Shown here piece after piece: positions 1 to 11,968 of a DNA stretch of 64,000 bases; within the stretch, counting starts at the first letter, position 1; each line of letters opens with the position of its first letter. The notes under the pieces were generated by a model. That model made no database searches. It was given only the letters and a program-made list of their open reading frames with translations, and was not told the origin of the DNA. The stretch is from Chrysemys picta bellii (Eukaryota), in contig NC_088810.1 of the NCBI RefSeq assembly GCF_011386835.1, positions 23,312,001 through 23,376,000 on the forward strand, written 5' to 3'. Both the position numbers and the translations under genes were made by a program.

Positions 1-349
1 ATGGTTTCACGAAGGCCATATCCTATCACCAGCTCCAAAGTAATGTATTTCTCAAATTGTCTTCTTTATTGCAGCTGTAGAGTTTGACAAACAAGTCCGG
101 TGTGCCACCATTTTAAATTACTTGTTTCCCCTCGGTCAGTCTCAAATAAGGCAAAACACAATTGAGGTAATGTAGAGACCTAAAGAGGGAGTGAGAGAGA
201 GTGTAGACCAACATAACTCCATCATCTTCAGTTTGAAGGAAGGCACTCTACCCAACATAGGTTAGAGAAAACCTTGTGTGGAGTGTATCTTTCTGTGCAT
301 ACACTGCACCTCCACCCCCAACTGTGTGAGTGAAATCAGACTTACCAAG

Positions 350-418
350 TATCAGAGGGGTAGCCGTGTTAGTCTGAATCTGTAAAAAGACTTACCAAGA
401 CTTACCAGACTTACCATG
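350..418. mobile_element. Short insertion: fragment of an abundant turtle repeat plus GACTTACCA stutter
   Basis: TATCAGAGGGGTAGCCGTGTTAGTCTGAATCTGTAAAAAG, recalled as a Penelope-like element terminus, followed by repeated GACTTACCA. Absent in paralogs at 10381 and 17230. Confidence 0.4.
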
Positions 419-908
419 TTCACCAAGACGAATAACGCTAGATAAGTGATCTGAAAAGTTCTAAGTTGCAGGTGCTTTCATATGATTTAGAAAGGACGTG
501 AGATGACCTTTTCTTCTGATGAGGACCTTATTAGCTACGAAACCAATCTTGTTGCATGCATAACAACTTCAATGGATGTAAATGTTTTCCTCATTGTTTG
601 TGATTATTAGTGTAAAGCTATCATTAATGAAATTTTAATACAAAAATTATGAGGCTGTATATCATGGCCTGAGTAGGGAGGGACATGAGAGACCTTGCTG
701 TGACTTTTTTGAGGTGACTCAAGCACTCAGCGTCTAACACAAAGAGAACACCCTCAATATTATCATAATAAAACACTTTGCGCTTATAAAAGCGTAATGA
801 GTGTTTTTGCAATGCCTTGAAATTCAAAGTTTACTTTCATTGGTCACTGTGCCTTTTCCGTCCTCTACTATTTGCTGTGTGTTGCAAGCTGACTTCCGTT
901 GCAGAAAG

Positions 909-1091
909 ATGTCTTGCTCTAGAAACCCATGATGGGTTGTACCATATGGGGTGACAGGCCCCCAGTCAGCTGCTACACGCTGCAATGAGCCATGGATTAG
1001 GCCGTACCAAGACTGCAGAATGTTTATCTACCCACCACTGGCTGCTGTGACTAACTTGGGACCAATTGTCAGCTCTTTTCCTCAGGAGTGA
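909..1091 (+). pseudogene. Ancient divergent CBP relic
   Basis: Manual translation MSCSRNP*WVVPYGVTGPQSAATRCNEPWIRPYQDCRMFIYPPLAAVTNLGPIVSSFPQE* aligns in frame to the CBP core. It is preceded by the GCAGAAAGATG start context of the intact genes. Confidence 0.8.
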
Positions 1092-1224
1092 GGAGTTTTA
1101 AGATGAATGAGAGGTCCAGAGTGTAATGTGCATGTCCTACCATATGGAGTTAAGAACAAACTAATCGTCAAAAACACGGAGGAAAAAATACAGCAATTGA
1201 AGGGGTTACACAAAGTTTGTTTCA

Positions 1225-1358
1225 TAACTAATTAGACTTACAGAAACAAAGGGCCTGTGTAGTCCTCTAGGCTATCTCCGAAACTGTATAAAACACTCAT
1301 GACTCAGAAGTCTTCAAACCACTTTTTTAACTTATTCTCTTCCATGAATTGGGTAAGT
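1225..1358 (+). promoter_or_regulatory. Orphan divergent CBP-type promoter and exon 1 (copies at 11191-11323 and 18309-18434)
   Basis: TAACTAATTAG at 1225, TATAAAA at 1287, GGTAAGT at 1352-1358. Homologous to the decayed upstream region of the 49308 pseudogene (reverse strand, 50480-50620). Confidence 0.55.
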
Positions 1359-1992
1359 CCTATTCGACTCACTCTCTCTTTAATCTTTGAGATGATGTGT
1401 TAGCATGTAAGTGATAGTTTTAATTTAGGACTGAATCTTGCACATTCACTCCGTGATTCTTAACAGCGTTAAAGGTTTTGTTTGATTCTTTTTCAATATC
1501 TTTTACTCCATTATAAAGTTGCAGAAATTTTTTTCTTCGGTTTAGAAGCTAAGGCTTGAATTTTCAGAGTAAGACATGCATTTGTAACACTAGATCTTAT
1601 TGATTTCAGTTAGAACTTGGGCTTTCAAATCCCATAGGTAGCTCTGAAAATTCTCACTCCCAATTTTTAATTGAGGGTTTAGGAAGAAATTCCCTAAGTT
1701 TACACCATAAACGACAAATTAATTGCTCTTTGTTCCTTGTAAAGCAGTTGGTAAGTGACATTCATTGCAACAGGATATTGGATTTGATGGGCCACACATC
1801 TGTTTCAGCATTCCAATTGCTACATTCTAAGGTGCAGAGGTGATTATAGGTGAAACTCCTCATCTCATCTAACTTGTGAAGTCAGTGGGAAGCGCAGATT
1901 TGTATTAGCGGAGGAAGTGATGTTTAGTGTTTTGTTTTTATATTAAAAGAGCCAAACACTTTCCTTTATCCATCAGCAAGTACTAATGACAT

Positions 1993-2546
1993 CAGGGCCG
2001 GTTCCAGGCACCAGCCCACCAAGCATGTGCTTGAGGCGGCGCCTGGAGGGGGGCGGTGCGGCGGGGCACTCGGGCCTGAGAGCGGGGCCGCGACTGGGCT
2101 CGCCCCCTCCCCGCGGCACTCCGGACTCTGGGGAGAGCGGAGCCGCAGCGGGCTCGCTGCCCTCCCCCTGGCACTCAGGCCGGTCGGGGAGAGCGGAGAG
2201 CCGCGGTGGGCTCGCCACCCTCCCCCCAGCACTCTAGCCGCCGGGGAGGGCGGAGAGGCCCTGCTGGGATCGCAGCACTCCTCCCGGCGCTCTGGCCACC
2301 GGGCGTTCTCCGCCATCCCCATGGTGCTCTGGCCGCCGGGGAGAGCAGAGAGCCCCGGCCGGGCTCTCCGCCCTGCTCCTGGCACTCTGGCCACTGGGGA
2401 GAGTGGAGAGCCCCGGCCGGGCTCTCCGCCCTGCTCCCAGCGCTCCGGCTGGTCGGGGATTGCGGGCCCGAGCCAGGCTCGGCGCCCTCCCCTGCCGTGC
2501 TGCGGGGGGCCAGGCGGTGGGTGGCTTTTTTGCCTAGGGCGGCAAA
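1993..2546. mobile_element. GC/CpG-rich hAT-type MITE, right end missing
   Basis: Begins CAGGGCCGGTTCCAGGCACCAG, the same terminus as the TSD-flanked 27228-27530 element. Internal hairpin-like repeats (GAGAGCCCCGGCCGGGCTCTC). Absent from the paralogous site at about 19040. Confidence 0.7.
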
Positions 2547-3836
2547 GTTTCAAGGATATAAACTCTTGTGCTTCAGGGTATCATCCAATAATGTAGGTTA
2601 GAGCTAATTGATGGGGGATAGTGACCCTGTACCTCTGTTCTCCTGGGTTACTTGAACTCCCAGTAAAGCCTCTGGTACTGACCGCTGATAGAGAGAGGTC
2701 TGATCATCTATAGAAATGTCTCTGTTCTTCTGTTCCAGAGAGGAGTCCATAGGTATGGTGTGACATTGAAGAGTAGAGCTGTATTGCCCTTAAATAAAAC
2801 CTGTGCACAGATGGATATATCTCCCCTCACCAGTTAAATATTATGACATGTTCTTGGTCTGCATAATTTTTTCCTTTTGTGTCATCCAATCAAAAATTTG
2901 ATTATTGGAAAATATTCATCTTCTGGGAGCTGAAGGGCACAAAAATGTTGACGACATGTGTAGATGAAAATGTAATTTTTAATTTGAAGTTCCTGCAATA
3001 TCATGCCATGAAAGACCCTGGGGATGTTATATATATGGAGTGTAGTGAGCAACAGCAACCTCAAAAGCCATTAGATTCTTGTACTACATTAACTTGTGGA
3101 TTTAAAGTTGAGACGAGCTTTCTAGTAAACAGCCAAATCTTCAAAGCGCTCAAGAAGCAAAGGCTGCCTGTTTCCAAAGATACTCTGCCATTCAAGGGGT
3201 CGGGTCTAGACTTAACCATGCATTAACCAAGCAATTTGCTGGTCAATTTTCTTTTCCTTCTGAAAACCTGGTCCCTTCTCCTGCAAACAGTCACACCGAT
3301 GCTTACCATGAAACCAAAGGAAAAATGTACATTCTTTAAGTGACAATATGTATAAATCATTTCAGAAAAAGACACTTTGCTTAACCAGGTAAGGAAAGGA
3401 GGAACTCTTTGCAGAGGGCTTGCATAATCCTATGGACCTCTACAAGGGCCAGATTCACTCCATGGCTTTCAAAGTTGCAACTTGAGATGTTCCCAGTACA
3501 GCAAGCTCCACAGAGATGAATTTTTGACCAAGTAGGGAGAAACAAGGAGAACCATAAGACTGATATGATGATGCAGCACAGTTTTTAATGCGAATGAAAT
3601 TTGCAGTACAAAATTACAGAAAGAAACAATACAGAGCAGAACCTTTCTAAGGTCCTTGTTTTACACCAGTTGGTGGGAAATAAAACACAGCATAATAGAG
3701 GCAGAGGACTAGGCAGGTTCTCCATTACATATCTGCCGTAGCATAATTCAAAGTGAGATGCTTACGATACATATCGGTGGAAAGGATAGAACATGTAGGG
3801 CCTATTCTACTTTATTTCATGGATTTCCTGTTGGGA

Positions 3837-4379
3837 TTAACATGGCCCACAGTATCCACCGCGATACCTACGGCCATATCCCCCGTAACCGCATAATCCC
3901 CCATAACCACCTAATCCCCCATAACCGTAACCTCCCCCGTAACCACACAGTCCCCCATAACCTCCTCCGTAACCACACAATCCCCCATATCTACCTAATC
4001 CACCATAACCATAACCTCCCCCGTAACCACACAGTCCCCCATAACCACCCAATCCTCCATAACCGTAAAGGCCCCCATAACCACCGAATCCCCCTAAACC
4101 ATACAATCCTCCATAATGGCCTCCATAGCCGTTCAATCCCCCCAAACCGAATGAGCCCCCGTAGCCAGCTCCGACCACAGGTGCTCCAACGGCTCCCACG
4201 CCACTCTGCTGCGGGAAAGTGCTGAGAATTGGTCCTGGGAGGGTCACGACAACCGGTGATGGTCTGATAACCACTTCAGAGTCAGGGCACTGCCTAACGC
4301 ACGGCTCATTGCAGCTGCCAGAAACTGGACTGGGACGGGCCACCCCACATTCTGGATAGGACAGGCTGGAGCAAGACAT
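3837..4379 (-). CDS. Corneous beta-protein (beta-keratin), 180 aa, YRGGYCGPC-tail subfamily
   Basis: True start is [12 protein letters not shown] at 4379, not the ORF-track start. CBP core and Gly/Tyr tail are intact. Acceptor AG at 4401-4402 leaves 21 nt of UTR before the ATG. Donor at 5439-5444, TATAAAA at 5506-5512, ATTAAA at 3584-3589. Confidence 0.95.
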   Translation of the reverse strand: MSCSSLSYPECGVARPSPVSGSCNEPCVRQCPDSEVVIRPSPVVVTLPGPILSTFPQQSGVGAVGAPVVGAGYGGSFGLGGLNGYGGHYGGLYGLGGFGGYGGLYGYGGLGGYGGLCGYGGGYGYGGLGRYGGLCGYGGGYGGLCGYGGGYGYGGLGGYGGLCGYGGYGRRYRGGYCGPC

Positions 4380-5438
4380 CTTTCTGTGATGGAGATAAAC
4401 CTGAAACACACAACAGGGAACAGATTCAAGAGAAGGTACAAGTGTCAATGGAAGAAAGGCTTCAAAGCTCAGTTACTATTGTGGTGAGATCTACAAGGGC
4501 CCCGAGAGAGAGGAGAAGGAGTGGACTTAGTCCCTATCTTCATGGTTATTATTTGTTCCTATTTCCGCTTTCTACGCCTCTTCTCCTCTCCCACTAAACT
4601 TCCCTCTCAGCCAGCCCCTTTGAAGTCCTCTCCATGATTGTGTCTGAAAAGCACCAACCGGAATCAGTGTAATTATGTCTATTATGGACAGCTGGGATTC
4701 TGTGTTCCATTTTAGACATTTCTCAATGAGAACATGGCTCGGATAATGGTAATCGAATTCTTCTCCTTTTGGATATTGGGTGTGGCTCTTTGGCTTTCCA
4801 AACCTGGTAAATCACCAATACTTGCTGAGAAATGAACAGAAACATTTCTTTTCTCCAAACAAATCACTAAAGGCAAGATCCTTGGCTGAGGTACATTGGC
4901 TCAGGTCCATTGACTACCATCGAGCGACACTAAATTTAATCATCTAAGGAGAAGAATCTTCAATGGATATTTCTGCTCATAAGAATGTAGGAATTGCTAC
5001 AGTGGATTACACCAGTTGTCAGCTAAATCCATTCTTCTGTCTGCAACAGTGATGAATAATAGCTTCTTCAGAATAAAGTAAAGACCACTGAATTGGCCCG
5101 TTATGGAGTAAACTGGGAAAGTTTCTTCCTAATCTACCGAAAAGAGAAATGACTAAAGGATTTTATAAGGTCACTTAAAAGATTTAAATGCCCTAATTCA
5201 ATTTCCAATTAATAGAAAATATATTTCCCAGTTCCATATTTTGCCTCTAAAATCCCCCCTTTAGCTTAACATCATGAATCCACCAGCCCTTGGAACTGAA
5301 ATTGTGCACAATATAGTTATGGAAAATCACCCTCATCCCTTATAAAAGTCACTGAGAGTATGTGCAAGATTCAGTCTTCAATGGAAATGGACGCTATTAG
5401 GATATCTCTATGGTAAGAAAGAGATGAAGTCAAAATGG

Positions 5439-5574
5439 ACTTACCGTGTTCACTGAGGAGATGAAGTGCAGAGAAGTGTTTAGAAGAGCCCTGAGATGTG
5501 AGCACTTTTATACAGTTTGTAGGACTGCCTGAAGGATCTGAGATGCCTTTTATGGAGGCGGTCCCTATTAGTTA
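5439..5574 (-). promoter_or_regulatory. CBP promoter module: TAAT element, TATA box, non-coding exon 1, splice donor
   Basis: TAACTAATAG at 5574, TATAAAA at 5506-5512, GTAAGT at 5439-5444. Confidence 0.75.
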
Positions 5575-7617
5575 CCAAACAAACTTTACTGCCTTGCTAA
5601 ATCCTCCTTTTGATGGAGCTGTTTTCCTCAGGGTTTGGGATTGTTGGGCTAATCTCAGCCTGAAAGGGTGTGACATTGTTGCATTCTTCAGCTTTCTTTC
5701 ATCTAAAAATTGTACAAGCCAACTGCAATCCTCGTGTCATTCCACTGACTGACATTGTGTTGCCATGAGAATGCATGTCAAGGTGATTCAGAGCTGTGTC
5801 AGTAGTACAACTGTCTGTCATGAACAGGAATCTGGTTTGGTCCTTTCCATTTATGCTGGTCGTTGTTAGGGCAGTGCATTTTGTACCCGGTAGGAAGGAG
5901 GGAGGCATTTTTGTGTATTAGGTCAGATCCAGTCCCCTTTGTAATCAATGGGATTCATACCATTGCCTTCAGTGTGTTTCTTCTCAGGACCTTATATCTG
6001 AAATTCCCCCTTTGGCAGGGGGATAGCACGATGCCTTTGGACATTTTGAGTCCAACTTGAAACGTTCAAACTAGCATTCAGCAGGGACTGTAATGGAGTA
6101 TGGGCCTTTGTGATGGCCCTCTGCCAAGGGGAGAATTTCTCCTTACAGGGATTCAAAATAAACCTAAAATTGGACCTCCACTTGTGGCACCAATTCTAAA
6201 CAATTATCAAAAGAAGATTAAAAAAAATAGAATGAGCCTCTTTAAGAGTTACTTTCAGGGTTAGTGACAGATTTGGAAGCCATGATTGCTAAGTGTCCAG
6301 TAGGGTTCAAGAGATTGAGGTTAGTGTTAGCCATGAGTAGTCCCAACTATTGGGGGCTTTTTATGATTTTGTCAATCATGTCCTGTCTGACCTTGACCTT
6401 AACATACCTCCGTTCACCTCTGTGTAAAACAGGTATAATTATAATTTGAAAGCACTTCACAAACATTTTATATGGCCAAAGAGACGTACTGTATTATTAT
6501 AGTAGTAATAACTTTTTTACTGCAATTAGATGGTCCAATATTCACTTTAAAAATGCATGTCAATGTGTCAGAGGGGGAGGGAGCTCAGAATCATGAACCG
6601 AGTACTGGAATGACATCATGACCTTGACATGCATTTCTAAAGTGACTATTGGAACGTCTAATTGCAATAAAAAGTTATTAACTATAATAATACTGTACTT
6701 AACTTTGGCTGTATAAAGTGTTTGTGAAGAGCTTTCCAATTATAATTATACCTGTTTTACACAGAGGTGAAGGGAGACATGTTAAGTTCAAGGTCAGACA
6801 GGGCATGACTGACAAAATCAGAAAAAGCTCGCAATAGTTGGGACTTCTCATGCCAAACACTAACCTCAGTCTCTTGAATCCTACTGGACACTTACCAATC
6901 ATGGCTTCCAAATCTGTCACTAACCCTGAAAGAAACTCTTAAAGAGGCTCATTCTATTTTTTTAAATCTTCTTTTGATAATTGTTTAGAATTGGTGCCAC
7001 AAGTGGAGGTCCAATTTTAGGTTTATTTTAAATCCCTGTAAGGAGAAATTCTCCCCTTGGCAGAGGGCCATCACAAACGCCCATGCTCCACTACAGTCCC
7101 TGCTGAGTCCTAGTTTGAACATTTCAAGTTGGACTCAAAATGTCCATAGGCATGGTACTATCCCCCTGCCAAAGGGGAAATTTCAGATATAAGGTCCTGA
7201 GAAGAAACACACTGAAGGCAATGGTATGAATCCCATTGATTACAAAGGGGACTGGATCTGACCCAATGTACAAAAATGCCTCCCTCTTACCTACCGGGTA
7301 CAAAGTGCACTGCCCAATGCCCCTAACAATGACCAGCATAAATGGAAAGGACCAAACCAGATTCCTGTTCATGACAGACAGTTGTACTACTGACACAGCT
7401 CGGAATCACCTTGACATGCATTCGCATGGCAGCACCAAGTCAGTCAGTGGAATGACACGAGGATTGCAGTTGGCTTGTACAATTTTCAGATGAAAGAAAG
7501 CTGAAGAATGCAACAATGTCACACCCTTTCAGGCTGAGATTAGCCCAACAATCCCAAACCCTGAGGAAAACAGCTCCATCAAAAGGAGGATTTAGCAAGG
7601 CAGTCAAGTTTATTTGG

Positions 7618-7753
7618 TAACTAATTAGGACCTCCTCCATAAAAGGCATCTCAGATCCTTCAGGCAGTCCTACAAACTGTATAAAAGTGCTCACATCTCA
7701 GGGCTCTTCTAAACACTTCTCTGCACTTCATCTCCTCAGTGAACACGGTAAGT
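7618..7753 (+). promoter_or_regulatory. CBP promoter module
   Basis: TAACTAATTAG at 7618, TATAAAA at 7680, GTAAGT at 7748-7753. Confidence 0.8.
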
Positions 7754-8410
7754 CCATTTTGACTTCATCTCTTTCTTACCATAGAGATATCCTAATAGCT
7801 TCCATTTCCATTGAAGACTGAATCTTGCATATACTCTCAGTGACTTTTATCAGGGATGAGGGTGATTTTCCATAAGTATATTGTGCACTTATTCAGTTGC
7901 AAGGGCTGGTGGATTCATGATGTTAAGCTAAAGGGGGGATTGTAGAGGCAACATATGGAACTGCGAAATATATTTTCTATTAATTGGAAATTGAATTAGG
8001 ACATTTAAATCTTTTAAGTGTCCTTATAAAATCCTTTAGTCATTTCTCTTTTCGGTAGATTAGGAAGAAATGTTCCCAGTTTATTACATAACAGGGCAAT
8101 ACATTGGTCTTCTACTTTATTCTGAGGAAGCTATTATTCATCACTGTTGCAGACATGGAGAGGACTTCAAAGGGGCCAGTTGGGAGGGAAGTTTAGTGGG
8201 AGAGGAGAAGAGGCATAGAAAGCGGAAATAGGAACAAATAATAACCATGAACATAGGGACTGCGTCTACTCCTCCTCCTCTCTCTCGGGGCCCTTGTAGA
8301 TCTCACCACAATAGTAACTGAGCTTTGAAGCCTTTCTTCCACTGACACTTGTACCTTCTCTTGAATCTGTTCCCTGTTGTGTGTTTCAGGTTTATCTCCA
8401 TCACAGAAAG

Positions 8411-8953
8411 ATGTCTTGCTCCAGCCTGTCCTATCCAGAATGCGGGGTGGCCCGTCCCAGTCCAGTTTCTGGCAGTTGCAATGAGCCATGCGTTAGGCAG
8501 TGCCCTGACTCTGAAGTGGTCATCAGACCATCACCGGTTGTCGTGACCCTCCCAGGACCAATTCTCAGCACTTTCCCGCAGCAGAGTGGCGTGGGAGCCA
8601 TAGGAGCACCTGTGGTCGGAGCTGGCTATGGGGGCTCATTTGGTTTGGGGGGACTGTATGGCTCTGGAGGCCATTATGGAGGATTGTATGGTTTAGGGGG
8701 ATTGGGTGGTTATGGGAGCCATTACGGTTTTGGGGGATTGGGTGGTTATGGGGGATTGTGTGGTTACGGGGGAGGTTACGGTTATGGGGGATTAGGTAGA
8801 TATGGGGGATTGTGTGGTTACGGGGGAGGTTATGGGGGACTGTGTGGTTACGGGGGAGGTTACGGTTATGGGGGATTAGGTGGTTATGGGGGATTATGCG
8901 GTTACGGGGGATATGGCCGTAGGTATCGCGGTGGATACTGTGGGCCATGTTAA
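8411..8953 (+). CDS. Corneous beta-protein (beta-keratin), 180 aa, YRGGYCGPC-tail subfamily
   Basis: ATG at 8411 after acceptor TTTCAG (AG at 8388-8389). TATAAAA at 7680, donor GTAAGT at 7748, ATTAAA near 9202. Inverted partner of the 3837-4379 gene. Confidence 0.95.
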   Translation: MSCSSLSYPECGVARPSPVSGSCNEPCVRQCPDSEVVIRPSPVVVTLPGPILSTFPQQSGVGAIGAPVVGAGYGGSFGLGGLYGSGGHYGGLYGLGGLGGYGSHYGFGGLGGYGGLCGYGGGYGYGGLGRYGGLCGYGGGYGGLCGYGGGYGYGGLGGYGGLCGYGGYGRRYRGGYCGPC

Positions 8954-10874
8954 TCCCAACAGGAATATCCATGAAATAAAGTAGAATAGGCCCTACATGT
9001 TCTATCCTTTCCACCGATATGTATCATAAGCATCTCACTTTGAATTATGCTACGGCAGATATGTAATGGAGCACCTGCCTAGTCCTCTGCCTCTATTATG
9101 CTGTGTTTTATTTCCTACCAACTGGGGTAAAACAAGGAACTTAGAAAGGTTCTGCTCTGTATTGTTTCTTCCTGTAACTTTGTACTGCAAATTTCATTCG
9201 CATTAAAAACTATACTGCATCATCATATCAGTCTTATGGTTCTCCTTGTTTCTCCATATTGTCACTTAAAGAATGTACATTTTTCTTTGGTTTCATGGTA
9301 AGCATCGGTGTGACTGTTTGCAGGAGAAGGGCCCAGGTTTTCAGAAGGAAAAGAAAATTGGCCAGCAAATTGCTCGGTTAATGCATGGTTAAGTCTAGAC
9401 CCGACCCCTTGAATGGCCGAGTATCTTTGGGGACAGGCTGCCTTTGCTTCTAGAGCTCTTTGAAGGTTTGGCTGTTCACTAGAAAGATCTTCTCAACTTT
9501 AAGTCCACAAGTAACCTCACTTTTCTATAGAGCTTCCTTTCCCCAGGATTCGGGTTTTTCAGCAGAGATTATGGATAAAGACAAAGACTGGGAAAACTTT
9601 GTTGACATGTCCATTTGATATGGGTGCTTTATCTGGAGGCATTTGGCCAAACCAATCCCCATTTCCATCCCTAGCACTACTCTATGGGCTAAGGATGAAT
9701 CCCTCCCCTTTGAGATACTCGAGGATGATAGCAATTTAAAGCTGCAGCATTGAAGTCCTGAATGGCTGAGGAAGAAACCTTTACTCTGAGCAGTTAGCCT
9801 TTCACTGGCAATTCATAAGCTTCATTGAGAACAAATGCCCTAATATTGCCAGTCTTCCTCTTTGGTCAAATAATACGGAAGCCTTTCATGATATGCAAAG
9901 ATAACGAATTGAGGAGAAATTAAAACCAGAAGACCAATAGTATAATGTATTATATATTTGAATTTGAAATAAAGGAGAGTTGAAATTTTCAAAAGAAAGG
10001 AAAAGAAAAGAAAAGAAAACAAAAGAAAAGGCTATATATCCATGGTTTCACGAAGGCCATATCCTATCACCAGCTCCAAAGTAATGTATTTCTCAAATTG
10101 TCTTCTTTATTACAGCTGTAGAGTTTGACAAACAAGTCCGGTGTGCCACCATTTTAAATTACTTGTTTCCCCTCGGTCAGTCTCAACTAAGGCAAAACAC
10201 AATTGAGGTCATGTAGAGACCTAAAGAGAGAGCGAGAGTGTAGACCAACATAACTCCATCATCTTCAATTTGAAGGAAGGCACTCTACCCAACCTCGGTT
10301 AGAGAAAACCTTGTGTGGAGTGTATCTTTCTGTGCATACACTGCACCTCCACCCCCAACTGTGTGAGTGAAATCAGACTTACCAAGTTCACCAAGACGAA
10401 TAACGCTAGATAAGTGATCTGAAAAGTTCTAAGTTGCAGGTGCTTTCATATGATTTAGAAAGGACGTGAGATGACCTTTTCTTCTGATGAGGACCTTATT
10501 AGCTACGAAACCAATCTTGTTGCATGCATAACAACTTCAATGGATGTAAATGTTTTCCTCATTGTTTGTGATTATTAGTGTAAAGCTATCATTAATGAAA
10601 TTTTAATACAAAAATTATGAGGCTGTATATCATGGCCTGAGTAGGGAGGGACATGAGAGACCTTGCTGTGACTTTTTTGAGGTGACTCAAGCACTCAGCG
10701 TCTAACACAAAGAGAACACCCTCAATATTATCATAATAAAACACTTTGCACTTATAAAAGCGTAATGAGTGTTTTTGCAATGCCTTGAAATTCAAAGTTT
10801 ACTTTCATTGGTCACTGTGCCTTTTCTGTCCTCTACTCATTGCTGTGTGTTGCAAGCTGTTCCGTTGCAGAAAG

Positions 10875-11057
10875 ATGTCTTGGTCTAGAAACCCGTGACG
10901 GGTGGTACCATATGGGGTGACAGGCCCTCAGTCAGCTGCTACACGCTGCAATGAGCCATGGATTAGGCCGTACCAAGACAGCAGAATGTTTATCTACCCA
11001 CCACTGGCTGCTGTGACTAACTTGGGACCAATTGTCAGCTCTTTTCCTCAGGAGTGA
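10875..11057 (+). pseudogene. Ancient divergent CBP relic, second copy
   Basis: Duplicate of 909-1091 with the same stop at codon 8. Confidence 0.8.
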
Positions 11058-11968
11058 GGAGTTTTAAGATGAAAGAGAGGTCCAGAGTGTATTGTGCATG
11101 TCCTACCATATGAATTTAAGAACAAACTAATCGTCATAAACACGGAGGAAAAAATACATCAATTGAAGGGGTTACACAAAGTTTGTTTCATAACTAATTA
11201 GACTTACAGAAACAAAGGGCCTGTGTAGTCCTCTAGGCTATCTCCGAAACTGTATAAAACACTATGACTCAGAAGTCTTCAAACCAATTTTTTAACTTAT
11301 TCTCTTCCATGAATTGGGTAAGTCCTATTCGACTCACTCTCTCTTTAATCTTTGAGATGATGTGTTAGCCTGTCAGTGATAGTTTTAATTTAGGATTGAA
11401 TCTTGCACATTCACTCCATGATTCTTAACAGCGTTAAAGGTTTTGTTTGATTCTTTTTCAATATCTTTTACTCCATTATAAAGTTGCAGAAATTTTTTTC
11501 TTCGGTTTAGAAGCTAAGGCTTGAATTTTCAGAGTAAGACATGCATTTGTAACACTAGATCTTATTGATTTCAGTTAGAACTTGGGCTTTCAAATCCCAT
11601 AGGTAGCTCTGAAAATTCTCACCCACAATTTTTAATTGAGGGTTTAGGAAGAAAATCCCTAAGTTTACACCATAAATGACAAATTAATTGTTCTTGTTCC
11701 TTGTGAAGCAGTTGGTAAGTGACACTCATTGCAACAGGATATTGGATTTGATGGGCCACACATCTGTTCCAGCATGCCAATTGCTACATTCTAAGGTGCA
11801 GAGGTGATTATAGGTGAAACTCCTCATCTCATCTAAATTAGTGTACCTCCAGTGAAGTCAGTGGGAAGCGCAGATTTGTATTAGGGGAGGAAGTGATGTT
11901 TAGTGTTTTGTTTTTATATTAAAAAAGCCAAACACTTTCCTTTATCCATCAGCAAGTACTAATGACAT

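Larger units (their letters stand above)
3086..9513. repeat. Large inverted repeat P1: arms about 3086-6563 and 6620-9513, spacer about 56 bp
   Basis: Arms are reverse complements, including both CBP genes and mirrored track ORFs (6264+/6699-, 5498+/7440-). The right arm lacks the equivalents of about 4634-5037 and about 3351-3535. Confidence 0.9.

Noticed and set aside
495-550. Hammerhead-like motif CTGATGA...CGAAAC (copies near 10483 and 17335)
   Set aside because: Stem II pairs at only 4 of 6 positions, no stem III partner was found, and the homologous segment at about 41690-41760 lacks the core.
1966-2601. Multiple overlapping 60-195 aa ORFs on both strands (also 11942-12577 and 27158-27748)
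   Set aside because: They lie in GC-rich MITEs where stop codons are scarce. The translations are low-complexity P/G/A/R with no transposase motif.
3758-4225. Long His/Asn/Pro-rich antisense ORFs over each CBP tail (also 8565-9014, 13734-14201, 29797-30234, 38993-39364, 46765-47124, 55696-56043) and Thr/Pro-rich ones (29741-30097, 38886-39227)
   Set aside because: Expected by-product of GGN/TAY/TGT codon repeats, whose reverse complement rarely contains stops. No antisense promoter or independent conservation is visible.
4241-4420. CBP tail repeats or duplicated blocks as a CRISPR-like or other repeat-spacer array
   Set aside because: Eukaryotic coding minisatellites and segmental duplications; there is no constant repeat with unique spacers.
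3837-4448. N-terminal extensions in the ORF track (MTLVP...[10 protein letters not shown]) for the CBP genes
   Set aside because: They run through the intron's polypyrimidine tract and acceptor AG and use alternative start codons. The real start is the conserved MSCSS ATG 21 nt into exon 2.
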